A stretch of DNA of 63,401 bases, the filler included, from Octopus bimaculoides (lineage: Eukaryota), in NCBI RefSeq assembly GCF_001194135.2. It is 10 parts of 8 records of this genome, joined end to end, with 100 filler letters (N's around TTAATTAATTAA, not from the genome) between each part and the next. Parts side by side here need not be neighbours in the genome. Positions count along the whole stretch, not along the records: positions 20,462 to 29,717 come from NC_068983.1; positions 29,818 to 32,813 come from NC_068987.1; positions 32,914 to 50,832 come from NC_068987.1; 7 more parts are not named here. The stretch is one strand, 5' to 3'. Made by a program: the position numbers and the translations under genes. Below the pieces are notes generated by a model. It worked only from the letters and a program-made list of their open reading frames with translations, was not told the DNA's origin and searched no databases. Below, one piece after another: positions 24,833 to 37,088 of this stretch (the stretch's first letter is position 1; each line of letters opens with the position of its first letter).

Positions 24833-26915
24833 CTGAAAATGTTATAGAAATAGAAATTTATTGCGCATCAATTTACTTTAGGTATATAGTCATATGAATT
24901 GCCAGAAACATCTCCTTTCAAGCGGTTTTCTGCCAGTCAATTTATTAAAGATATACATTATACACGTAAACATATATACATATGTGCATACACATACATA
25001 CATCAGAGCTACCGACATTCACAAATGTAAAGCAGGTAAGGCTACAATCTGTCGATCAACGAGGGTGGATATCAGAGTGACTATGTAAATTGAAGAACAG
25101 TTAAAAGTGCTTTTGTTCCAACAATCTCATTAAACTTAGCAACGTCATTTATGAAGGCTAGTAATGGTAGGACATGCCTGCATGCCAGTAGATAGTAGGT
25201 ACCATTTGACCTTATCAAAACATGTTCAAAGAACAGTTGCTGCACTATTCATAAAAAAAGCCCATCCATACGGCTATATTGTTTTGAGGCATCCTAAGCG
25301 AATGAAAGTATTATAGATAATAATCAATGTGAACTTAAAGATGGAAATTCATAAATTTACAAAATAAGACTTAGTAAACATATTGACACCTATCTAGGTA
25401 TGAAAGAACCAATTTTCACGGTATTAGTTTATCAATTCAGCAATTGCATAACAACAAAGCATCAATAAAGAAACAAATTTCATAACGAAATACCAACCAC
25501 TGCTAAATAGTTGTGGAAGAGAAGAGGAGACAACAACTAAAACTAGTAAGGATGCTGCTGCACACCTGATACTACTGTTGCAAGGGACACTACTACCATT
25601 GTTACAACTATTGCTGAAGCTGCTACTGTTGCTTCAGTCTAATTGATATAGCCTCTACCACGACTGCTACAGCCACGTGTATTGCTGTTGTTACTACTAC
25701 TAATAGCCAATCTATAATGACAAAGGATAACTACGATTGTTGTAATTGTTACTACAACTGTTACCACGAAACACCAGCAATCAGAAGGAAGCCAACTACC
25801 AGCACCGTGTGAATGTTATAAGAATAACAAGTGAAATTCGAGAACTGATATCATGAAAGATTACTTTCATTTCATTTCATTTCCCCTTCACTTACAACAC
25901 GACTAAATTGTCTTTCAAAATGATTGAAACTGGTAGCATATTTTGAGAAAAATATAAATATTTTTCTCTCTTTTGTCTATAATAAAGTTCACAAAGCAGT
26001 TTTTCTTTCTTTTTATTTTTGGTGATATGTATGTAGGAGAGAGTGAGAGAAAGAGAGAGAGAGAGAATCTCTTCAAAAATCAAGGAGGAAGAGAATTACT
26101 ACTGACAACTGCTTCGAAATCTTCAGTTTCTATATACAGATTATAAATTCACGTTTATGCCAATAACGATTAGTGCACTTTGTTTAGTGTGTAAATGCCT
26201 AAATGACAATCTAGATAAGCTAGTGAGTTTTTTTTTAGAAAAGGAAATAAAACAGCTAATACGTACATTATAGCAGTAAATTATATAAGATTATCCTCAA
26301 GTTTAAGACGTAGCATCGTTTATCTACATACCTTCAATAGAGCTCTGTATCTTTGTTAGAAGCGTGCTCCTTCCTTACAGGAAGACGTCACTTAAATGAG
26401 AATAGATATTCCTTTCTAATTTTGATTATTTGCAGTCTTCCTGAGAACATGCATACATGGTGGAAGTCAACTCGTGAACGAGTAACACCACTTCTTAAAC
26501 TGAGTAAGTTTGTGCAAACGTTCCGAGAGTTCCGAGAAGTTCCTGTGCGTGAATTTGGAAGAGGACCTACTTTTCAGCGCAATCAGCTATGAAACTAGTG
26601 GCACAACAGAGGTTGAGATAACCAGAAGCCAGCTGCACTTCACCTTTTCTCTTATACAAGTTTACCTTCTCTTGGATACGACTTTAAACTGTATTCAGTA
26701 ATGGGTCTGGTACGAAAGTTCCAAGGTTTTGGGGAGTGTAGAACCACCTTTTTTGCCACTATTGTTCCCAGGTCTACTCTGATCCAGAGTAGTAACACCT
26801 GTTAAGGTTTCAATTATGGATTCACATACCAAGAGCATGTGAACCACTGAGAATGAAGGACTCTTAGTTCTCGTTAGATCATACATGAATGCTTGCATAC
26901 ATACATGCATGCATG

Positions 26916-26982
<67 letters not shown>

Positions 26983-27284
26983 CTTTGTATATTCAGAAAA
27001 TTAACTAGGGTCTTCGAAGAAGTATAGGGTAAAGGAAACATTTATTTTTGAACTGGAATGTTCAATGTCAATCGCTTTATCCCGACCTAGCTATTTTCAA
27101 ACTAGTGAAGAAAGGAAGAATTGCTATTACATTTATAAATGAATAGTTTACCTTGGAGGTGGGTGGTATAACCTGTCAGTTATTGGAGTAGGATATTTCT
27201 ATGTATTAATCAAAAGGGTAAGTTAATTTTGTTTTAATTCATTGGAAGTAAAATTTATAAGAAGGATATAAATAATATATTTAC

Positions 27285-27462
27285 CAGAATGGTAGTAAGT
27301 AGCACCTTCTTTGAACCCGTCTGTGGGATAATATTTTGTCTGTATTTTCTCGTCAGCTTTCATTTTATCGAACGTACACATTTCAACGATGCTCTCTATA
27401 AGTTCATCACTGACTGTCCTCCCCAAGAACTTAGCGACACGTGACACTATTTTGGACAGATC
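27285..27462 (-). CDS. Sulfotransferase-like gene, penultimate exon
   Basis: tttaacag|GAT...TCT G|gtaaat, phase 0 to 1; DLSKIVSRVAKFLGRTVSDELIESIVEMCTFDKMKADEKIQTKYYPTDGFKEGATYYHS matches the SULT pattern D...+.++A.FLG...+..I...+F..MK. Confidence 0.92.
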
Positions 27463-27773
27463 CTGTTAAAAAGAAATGTTGACGTCAATGTATTTAACAG
27501 GGTCTCATTAGAGGATAAAGTTTTTACGATTTATATTTTTCTAAATTTATAACAGCCTAAAAGACGGCGATTTAAGTGAAACAATAAAGCGAAAGCGTAA
27601 ATTTCTAAGAAATTTTATACAATTTTAATCTGAGAAAATACGACAGGAGTTCAAACACGTAATTTATCAAAGCTTATTTATTCAATAACGTTTTATTGGT
27701 AGAACTTGAAATGCCAACATGCTAAATAAGGTAGATTAAAATTTTTTGAATACACAAATCAATACATAATTAC

Positions 27774-27871
27774 CGCTTTCATTTCTTCGTAAGTTACCAT
27801 AAGCACATTGGGTTTATCGTGGTAGCGTGTGTAAAATTCCTGAGTATGCTTAAAGTAGTCACCATAAGGAA
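27774..27871 (-). CDS. Sulfotransferase-like gene, internal exon
   Basis: aattttcag|TT CCT...GCG|gtaatt, phase 1 to 0; (V)PYGDYFKHTQEFYTRYHDKPNVLMVTYEEMKA carries the SULT YG..F.H and ++..YE++K motifs. Confidence 0.92.
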
Positions 27872-28539
27872 CTGAAAATTTGACAGAATAAATGGAGAAT
27901 GTGGTTGTTTAATAATTCGATATTTGAAATGAAAAATTATATTTATCTTTTATTAGTTAAAAAAATGTCATATTTTGAGAACTGATACTGTAATGTCGTA
28001 ACGTTAATGCTTCTCATCAACAGCATACGCGCATTGAATATAAATATTTGTAACAGTATTTCAGTCTCGGCTTACCAGTGGCCAAGCTATTGATCTACAG
28101 GAATCCCTATACATACATACACGCACGCGCGCGCGCGCGCACACACGTACACACACACATACACACAAATGTACGTACGTGCAGACACGCAGACATACAC
28201 ACATACATACTATTGAGAAATCTGCAGTTATTCTATCCAGATTACAAGTTCAGGTTTATACCTGCAATTATTGGACCATAAATACCATTCTTGCCTAAAT
28301 ACCATTCTTGAAAAATTAGGCTTCTCAAAACCAGAAATGTGAAAGCTAATTCGAAGACTACAGATCCAATTCATCACTGGAACAGTAAAAATCTGTAAAA
28401 CTTTCCGGAAGTTTATCATTTAAATATATATGAGCATGTCTAGATATGCAACTATATGCATGAGAATACATACATAAAACATACAAATCTGCACATACAT
28501 ACATACATACATACATACATACATACAAGCAAACAAAAA

Positions 28540-28860
28540 TACCCTGCTCTTTGTGGTTTGCATATTTTACCTCAGGAAATATGGGTGTTTCGTTCATCAT
28601 TCGTAAACAGCCTTTATTCAGGAACCTTATGGACAGGATGGGCTATTCTAACTGGGGACCCATCTGCAAAGCAGTGCACTGTTTATCTTCGTATGAGGTC
28701 ACCATGTCGCGCACTTATTGTTTTGATGCACATGCCTGGTGTATCACTATCAGACAGGTAGTCACGATGGATATATTGGGTTTCGAATATTTATACCCCA
28801 TCATCTCATCACTTTGGTGGCGTGTGCTGCTCTCTCACTCAAAAACAACCACAACAACAA
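28540..28860 (-). repeat. Dispersed repeat, second copy at 50970-51522 in opposite orientation
   Basis: Shared blocks such as tacaccaggca.....atca, gtgcgcgacatggt and ccctgaataa/tcctgaataa. Class unresolved; probably a LINE-derived 3' segment. Confidence 0.6.
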
Positions 28861-28871
28861 CAATTATAATC

Positions 28872-29119
28872 CTTTCTACTAGAGGCACAAGGCCTGAAAT
28901 TTGAGGAGGGAATAGTCAATTACATCGACACCAGTGCGTAACTGCTACTTATTTTATCGACCCCGAAAGGATGAAAGGCAAAGTCGACCTCGGTGAAATG
29001 TGATCTCAGAGCGTAGCGACAGACGTACTACCGCTAAGCATTTCGCCCGGCATTCTAACGATTCTGCCAGCTCAACGCCTTAGTAATAGTAGTAGTAGTA
29101 ATAATAATAATAATAATAA

Positions 29120-29150
<31 letters not shown>

Positions 29151-29467
29151 AAGAAGAATGTTGATAATAATAATAATAAACTTTCTACTAGTATTTCACT
29201 AGTACTTTATTTATCGACCCCGAAACAATGAAAAGCAAACTCGACCTCGGCAGAATTTGAACTTAGAACGTCAAGACGGACGAAATACCGATAAGCATTT
29301 CGCCCGGTGTGCTAACGATTCTGCCAACTCACCGCCTTGTAAAAATAATAATAACCCTTTATACTATAGACACAAAGCCTGGATTTTCTGGGAAGGGGGA
29401 CTATCGATCACATCAACCTCAGTACTCAAATGGTACTTTATTTATCGACCCCGAAAGGATGAAAGCC
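28872..29467 (-). mobile_element. Three adjacent SINE family A copies separated by (TAA/GAA)n tails
   Basis: ttatcgaccccgaaaggatgaaag core at about 28953, 29211 and 29441. Confidence 0.85.
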
Positions 29468-29679
29468 AAGCAATATATAGTCACTGATTTGCAACAAGCA
29501 AAGTAGCTAGTTATAAAACCCAGTAAGAGATGAGAGAAGTAACTATACTGGAGCGGACTCTGGCAATCCTTCTGGCGACCAGTGTTCCCGACTGAGGATG
29601 AGCGAACTAGCTCGAAACCGAGTCAGTCTCGCGATCCTGTCGTCTGCTGGAAGATGGTAGAGGTTCACTCCCCTGCTGG

Positions 29680-29717
<38 letters not shown>

Positions 29718-30099
29718 NNNNNNNNNNNNNNNNNNNNNNNNNNNNNNNNNNNNNNNNNNNNTTAATTAATTAANNNNNNNNNNNNNNNNNNNNNNNNNNN
29801 NNNNNNNNNNNNNNNNNTATATATTTATATATACGTACATATATAAATACAGATGCATGTAAACACATTATATTCGAATACCACTGGAAGAGTATAATGG
29901 CGTTTTATTGGAAGTTAAAGATTTTCCCATACTGTTACACGGAGTTTCATGTGACCGATTATCAGACAACTGTAGAATGATGCAATACCCACTCACCAAA
30001 AATACATTAAAAACTAACATTTTTCAAAATAGTTTGAATCTCTTGGATGAAAGCGATTCACTGTAGCAGAAAAATATAAAAATATTGAGGTGAATCGTA

Positions 30100-31190
30100 T
30101 AAATTAAAAATTAGATGGTGTAAGGCATCTGTACTCGTAGAAACGTGTGTAAAAATAAATAAAATGAGAAGAAGAAGGAGCAGTGAGTTTGGAGAAAGCA
30201 CGTGTGTCATTAAATGACCGAAAGTAAGTGACCTGAAGTTGGAGCGAGATAGAGAATCTAGCAGGTGGGATTAGTACTGCACAGGTGAGTGGTCAAAGGC
30301 CATTTTGTTTGTGTGTGATATCATCTGTGTGCTTGTGTGTTTCTGTTTATGCGAGTGATGTGTGTGGGGTCCAGAGGTGAGTTGATGTTTGTGTGAGTTC
30401 ATTGTTGTCGCTGAGTTTGTATATATGTGTTCGTGTGCGTATGAATGTGTGTAAGTCAGTGTGTACTTATATGGAAGTTGGGGCTGTTAAGTCCAAAGAG
30501 TATATGAATTCTTTGTGTGAAAATGTACGGTTGCTCCTGGCGGAGTATGATGATGCTTGATGGTGTAAGGCCAGAACAAAGACTGAGGTGTTCGGTGGAG
30601 TGGTTGATCAAGTAGAAGTGACGGGGACGGGACTAGTTTTGCAGGGTGGAGGGTGGATATCGCATAAATGTTGTTTGAATCCGTTGGCTAAACGGTGGAC
30701 AGACTGCCCAGCGTATATTAGGTCGCAAAGTATACATTTGAGGAAATAGATGGAATAAGAATAGAATGAGAATAGCGTGTTGGCTGGTCTCAGTGAGCGA
30801 GGTGGTGCTGATGAAGGGACAAATGTGGCAACGAGTTCTGGAGCAAAGTTAGGATCCAGGATTGAGGCAGGAAACTACGGATCAGTAAGCCACGTACGTT
30901 ACAGGTGCGTATGAAGCAGGGGAGAAGTGGTTTGGAGAAAAGGGAGGGTGGTGGGATCGGAATGGAGAAGTCGTAGGGTCCGTAGAATTTTCCGACGAAA
31001 GTATGGGACGGAGAAATGGAAACGGTATGAGATTAGGAGACGGGTGTGGTGAAGAACAGAGGGCTGAGGTGCAATCAACTTGGTGTGCATGGGCGACGGC
31101 GGCCGGGACATTAGTGAAGGAGTATCCGCTTCGAGTTGACAGACGGGCCAATTATTGAAAGTTAATCTCAAAATCTTGGTAACGGCCGCA
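30100..31190 (-). mobile_element. Degenerate Penelope-like element (GIY-YIG end)
   Basis: Broken minus frames RTRCHICPFI, KCILCDLIYAGQSVHRLANGFKQHLCDI and ...FGLN resemble a PLE Cys-knuckle plus GIY-YIG C-terminus. Boundaries approximate. Confidence 0.7.
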
Positions 31191-31202
31191 TGGACGCAAA
31201 AG

Positions 31203-31255
<53 letters not shown>

Positions 31256-31269
31256 AGTGATAGATAGAT

Positions 31270-31670
31270 AACAACGGTATAATAATGTTTTCTCCGATTT
31301 GAATCGATAGCTTATAAATACAAACGAATGACTGAAATATGATGAACTAACCCTCCATCAGAATCAAACCGACAAATCAACGCTTGCGCATCCGATTGCT
31401 CCAAACACACACCCATGAATTGTTTACAAATCGTTTGTTTACAAATATAATATGTAATATTACACAGTTTAAGTGTATATTAACTACATTTGGCTGAAAT
31501 TGATTTGTGAGTGTCTGGCCCAATCGGATGCGAAAGGAATCAGGCTAGTGTTGATTTGTGGGTTCGATTCTGGCTTGGGTTTGCTCATCATTTTTCAGTC
31601 ATTTGCTTGTATTTATAAATACCCGCTTCAAATCGCAGAATAAAATATTATCATGATATATCGTTATACA
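31270..31670. repeat. Old imperfect inverted repeat (arms about 150 bp)
   Basis: ttataaatacaaacgaatgactgaaatatgatga...caaatcaac...cgcatccgattg is mirrored by caatcggatgcg...gttgatttg...tcatcatttttcagtcatttgcttgtatttataa. Confidence 0.8.
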
Positions 31671-32111
31671 TGTATTATTATACTATGAGCCTGCCATAGC
31701 AATTTCCCTCCGTAATTTACAAAGCCTTCCTTTTTTATTTAAAAATATTATATCTAATAGTTACACAGATAGGTAAGAGTGACTGACGCTGGAACCAAGT
31801 GTTTCGTCCCTTGCACTTACTAAACTCCTATATTAATCGTAAATTTTCATATTATATTGGAACCCGTAATCTTTTTTAGTTATTAAACAAGAAAAATAAA
31901 TCAAAATTGATAACATGAAAATACATATGAATTCCAATATATGCGTGTGCCTATATATATACGTACACATATATANNNNNNNNNNNNNNNNNNNNNNNNN
32001 NNNNNNNNNNNNNNNNNNNNNNNNNNNNNNNNNNNNNNNNNNNNNNNNNNNNNNNNNNNNNNNNNNNNNNNNNNNNNNNNNNNNNNNNNNNNNNNNNNNN
32101 NNNNNNNNNNN

Positions 32112-32149
<38 letters not shown>

Positions 32150-34031
32150 TAAAATGGTGTTTTTATCTGCCGGTATGAGAGACGTTTGTGTAAAGGTATG
32201 TTCGTCACGTCACTAACAGATGCAAGGCAAACAATTCCAAACCGTTAACAATAAACAGAAACGAGGTGTAGAATTCATTAATTTGTGTGTTCAATAAATG
32301 ATCATGGTATATGTGTGTACAAAAAAAGGTAAAGTGATTCATTATATATATATTGAGAATAATATACATTGAAAAATATGTATTGTAATCATTGGTTACT
32401 CTTGTATAGTTACAGGCTATATTAATATTTCGAATCTAATTAAACTCTGTTGCAATGTTCTATTATGGCTAGTTTATTAAATTGTTTGCAGTTTTATTTC
32501 CTTATGAATATTTTCCGTTTTTCGGTTCCACCCATATTGCCTTATATTTTCTTTAGTACTTTCATATTTCATTTCAGCGATACCATTGTTAGTCATACAA
32601 GAAATCTCCCTTCTTTATAACGATAAGCTATTTCAAACCATTCTACCTAGTATATGAGTTTATAGCTTATCAGTGTTTTCGAATAGGGATCGGCCAGCAA
32701 TATATTCTAATAAAACATGATCTCTGTTATTGAATTTAAGTTACGTATTTTCCTATTTTTCGTCATAGATAGATATGTCTGTAAGTATAGAAATACTCAT
32801 ATATATATATATANNNNNNNNNNNNNNNNNNNNNNNNNNNNNNNNNNNNNNNNNNNNTTAATTAATTAANNNNNNNNNNNNNNNNNNNNNNNNNNNNNNN
32901 NNNNNNNNNNNNNTATATATGTGTGTATATATATACCTATATATATGTGTGTATATATATACCTATATATATGTGTGTATATATATACCTATATATATGT
33001 GTGTATATATATACCTATATATATGTGTGTGTATATATATACCTATATATATGTGTGTGTATATATATACCTATATATATATGTGTATATATATACCTAT
33101 ATATATGTGTGTGTATATATATACCAATATTTATATATATGCAGAAGAAAATTGCTTTAGTGAAAAAAATTGAGCCACTTTAGGATAGCTTTTTCTAATA
33201 CCTGACCACTCAGTGGCATTGTTGACATCTTATTGGTTAATAATAAAGGCTTTTCGGCTGTATGTAGCCCATAGCAGTCATGTGTACACATGCACAACTA
33301 CACACATAACCTTTTTAAATAGATGGAGAAATGTAAATCATGTATTTAAATAGATGGAGTTATAAAATTTAAAATAAAATAATGTTGTAGAGCGAACATA
33401 CAAATATCATAAAGACAAAGATATGTATGCAGAACAAAATTGAAATACACTGAAGTCAATTTTCAGGGAGATGTGGCAAAACTGAATTTAAACACACTGG
33501 GAGGACAAAAATTAGAAATAACTAAATTATTTTTCAGGGTGAATGTACTAAAACCATAACAACAGAGATTTTTACACATGGCTAATTGAAATACATTGGC
33601 TGAAAACTGTAGAAATACATACTACACACACAGACATCCTTTGTTTTATATATATTCTTTTTTAATCATTTTACAGCGGCCATCCTGGAGCACTGCCTTT
33701 AGTCAAGCAAATCAACACCAGTACTTATTCAAGTTTGGTGAAAATTCCTTGAAAACTGTAGAAATACATACTACACAAAGAGACATCCTTTGTTTTATAT
33801 ATATTCTCTTTTACTTGTTACAGTCATTTGACTGTGGCCATGCTGGAGCACCATCTTTAGTCAAGCAAATCGACCCCAGTACTTATTCTTTCTAAGCCTA
33901 TTACTTATTCTATCAGTCGCTTTTACCGAACCAAGTTACAGACATAAACACACCATCATCAGTTGTCAAGTGATGTTGGCGGAACAAACACAGACATGCA
34001 AACATATACACAGACATACAAATATATATAT

Positions 34032-34032
<1 letters not shown>

Positions 34033-34063
<31 letters not shown>

Positions 34064-34600
34064 TTAACGTCCGCTTTCCATGCTAGCATGGGTTGGACGA
34101 TTTGACTGGGAACTGGCGAACCAGATGGCTACACCAGACTCCAATCTGATCTGGCAGAGTTTCTACAGCTGGATGCCCTTCCTAACGCCAACCACTCCAA
34201 GAGTATTGTGGGTACCTTTTATGTACCACCAGCATGAGGGCCAGTCCAGCAGTACTGGCAATGGCCACGCTCAAATGGTGTTTTTTTTACGTGCCACCTG
34301 CACAGGAGTCAGTCCAAACTGGCACGAGTGCCAGTAAGGCGAAGCTGGAATCGATCACACTCAAATGGTGCTTTTTACGTGCCACCAGCACGGAAGCCAG
34401 ACCACTGCTCTGGTAGTGATCCCACACAGATGCTGTTAGCACTCCACTGGCACGGGTGCCAGTCATCGAATTTGGGTCAGTTTCGATCTCAAAATTACCC
34501 CAGCAGGTCTTCGCAAGCTAAGTTTAGTGTCCAATGAAGGAAGGTTGGCATGGGTGCCAGTCAACGAATTCGGTTCAGTTTTAAATTTCGATCTCACTTG
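34033..34600 (-). mobile_element. RTE-type LINE 3' UTR copy with (GAT)n tail
   Basis: Same tttaacgtccgctttccatgc...ggatgcccttcctaacgccaacc block as 12826-13000. Confidence 0.75.
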
Positions 34601-36364
34601 CCTCAACAGCTCTTTGCAAGACATTTGCCCAAGGTGCCATGTGGTGGGACTGAACCTGGAAACGTGTGGTTGGTAAGCAAGCTACTTACCACACAGCAAC
34701 TCCTGTATATATGCACACATACAAATAAATGCTGGTATGGGTATGTGTTATGTATTGAATGAGGGCAGCTATCTAAAGAAATACTGATTGCATACAGTGG
34801 CTGGGAATGTGTGGAATAGAAGAGAGAGATCTAGGAAGACAGAGGATGAAATAGTAATCAGGATGCTGAGCTTCGTGGACATGATGACAAAAAGGAGCAG
34901 GTGGATTGGTGTCGTGCAGTCCTTGAGAAGACTTACCCACCTACGAAACTGAGGCCTGGGAATATAATCCATAAACACACAATTGGGTCCTTCATTCAAT
35001 ATGTCCCTGTGAAATCTTCACTTGCTACTCCCCTATTTCATTCATTCTTATATCACTTTTTTTGTCTCCTGGACTATTCTGCTGCTTTAATTTAATGAAA
35101 ACTGCACTCGTTACTGTATATTATATCATCGCCTTCTCTGTGCTGCCAGTTATCATTCCTCTCCCATTCAGCGAAATTCAACTAAGTTGGAGTTCGAACT
35201 CGGAATGTAGAGATGAGACTTCACTAATTCTGTCAAACATTTACCTGTTGATGGAAGTTAAAACAAAATGAAATCTCCCTTGCTAAGCATATACAACACC
35301 CGAATTTTTAGTGGGTGTTCTTTATGCTTAATTGCATAAAAAACTGCAGCCTCCGGAAAAGCAGAGAGATAGGGTGGGGCGATCTTCTGACAGCATTGAA
35401 TCTCACACTTGTTCATATATGGCTAGGTTAGTCATTTTGTACGACTGAGTTATCTTCCTTACTGAGTTATCTCCCTTATGCTGTTTTCAATTCCAAAACC
35501 TATTTAGATTTTGGAATTGAAATCTTACCAAGGTTAATTTTACCTATCATTAACAAAATCAAATGCTGGATTCGATTTAATCATCTTTAACCTCTCTCCA
35601 ACACTTTAGAACTTGTTTATATATATGAGAATTTATTATTATTATTAGGGCATAATTGTTGTTGGAAAATAAAATATCTTGCAGTATTCATTCTCACTCT
35701 ACACTCAAATCCTACTCAAGTTAAACTTTGTCCTTCATCCTTTCATTCAGGTATTGGCCTCGATGTAATCAACTAAACAAAATTAACTGGCTTTGTGTGC
35801 CTAAATTAGACACAGTTATTATCATTATTCTAGATAGCATGATGGAGAGGTCAAATTTAATCAATTATTCCCTGATCGTCGAATATACATGGCCATGGGC
35901 CAAATTTAGGAAGTTATTGTTATTATTTCTTTAATCCACCTTTTCTCTTGTTGGATCATATTTCAGTAAAACTGTAACATATAGCTATATTTCTACTAAA
36001 AACTTAAGTAGTTTTTAAAATAGTCATAAGTTTGGAGAAATGGTGAGATAAGTAACTTTATGGTATTTATTGGTATTTGGAACATAACTTAATGGAAAAT
36101 TTCAGTTTGCATATGTACATTTTGAAACATTGTATTGTTGAACTTGAAGTGGTCAGAGACGGGTTACTGTGAGGTTTTGTGAAACCTTATGGTTGAACCA
36201 GACATGGCCTCAGGTGGGTGAGGCCTCCTCAGTAAAAATAGTTTTTTCTTTTTTCAAACACAAAGATAATGTTATGAGTGATACATGTCAGCATCTTGAA
36301 CTGTTTAGCAACATATATAAATATTTTAATTATATATACACACTGAAAATAACAACAATAATAA

Positions 36365-37088
36365 TGGTTTCTAACATAGGCACGTGGCCTAAAACAAAGG
36401 GTTTGTCAGTTAAACTAACCCCAGAACTTGACCTTAACTTATTTTATCAATCCCAGTGGAATGAAAAGCAAAGTCGACCCAAGTAGGATTTGAGTTCAGA
36501 ATCTAAGGGGCTAAAACCAATACTATAAGGTATTTTCCAGACATTCTAATGATTCTATTATCCACTAATTTTATCACTTTTTTATTGACTAATAAATACT
36601 TGCACTGTTTTAAGACCAGTTACTAAACTAGATCCATTAAGTTATATTTTCTCAAATTTCTAATAATTCTTTTTAACATAGGCACTAGGCCTGAAGTTGT
36701 GGGAAGAGCATTCATCAATGCCATCATCCCCTGTTCCTGACCTGCACTTTGTTTTCTGATCTTCTAGGAACAAAAAACAAAGGTGACATTAGCAGAATTT
36801 GAACTTAGCACATATAAAACCAGAACAAATACTGCACAGCATTTCTTACAATGTCCCTAGATTTCTAATAATTATGGTTTCAAAGTTTGGCACAAGGCCA
36901 GTGATTTAAGGGGTGGGGGTAAAATGATTATATTGACCCCCAGTGCTCAACTGGTACTTATTTTATTGACCACATAAGGATGAAAGGCAAAGTTGATCTC
37001 GGCAGAATTTGAACTTAGAATGTGAAAACGGATGAAATACTGCCAAGCATTTTGATCAGCATGCTAATGATTCTGCCAGCTCATTGCT
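36365..37088 (-). mobile_element. Three tandem degenerate SINE family A copies
   Basis: Repeated gaatttga[a/g]...aga...aatact...gcatt...ctaat/cta segments with ataat spacers. Confidence 0.7.

Noticed and set aside
28078-28110. Plus-strand KLLIYRNP resembling the SULT RNPKD motif
   Set aside because: Wrong strand for the SULT exons, lacks KD and runs into a microsatellite.
36212-36236. CTGAGGA plus 7-bp hairpin GGCCTCA/TGAGGCC on minus
   Set aside because: No GAAA after the stem, so not a hammerhead.
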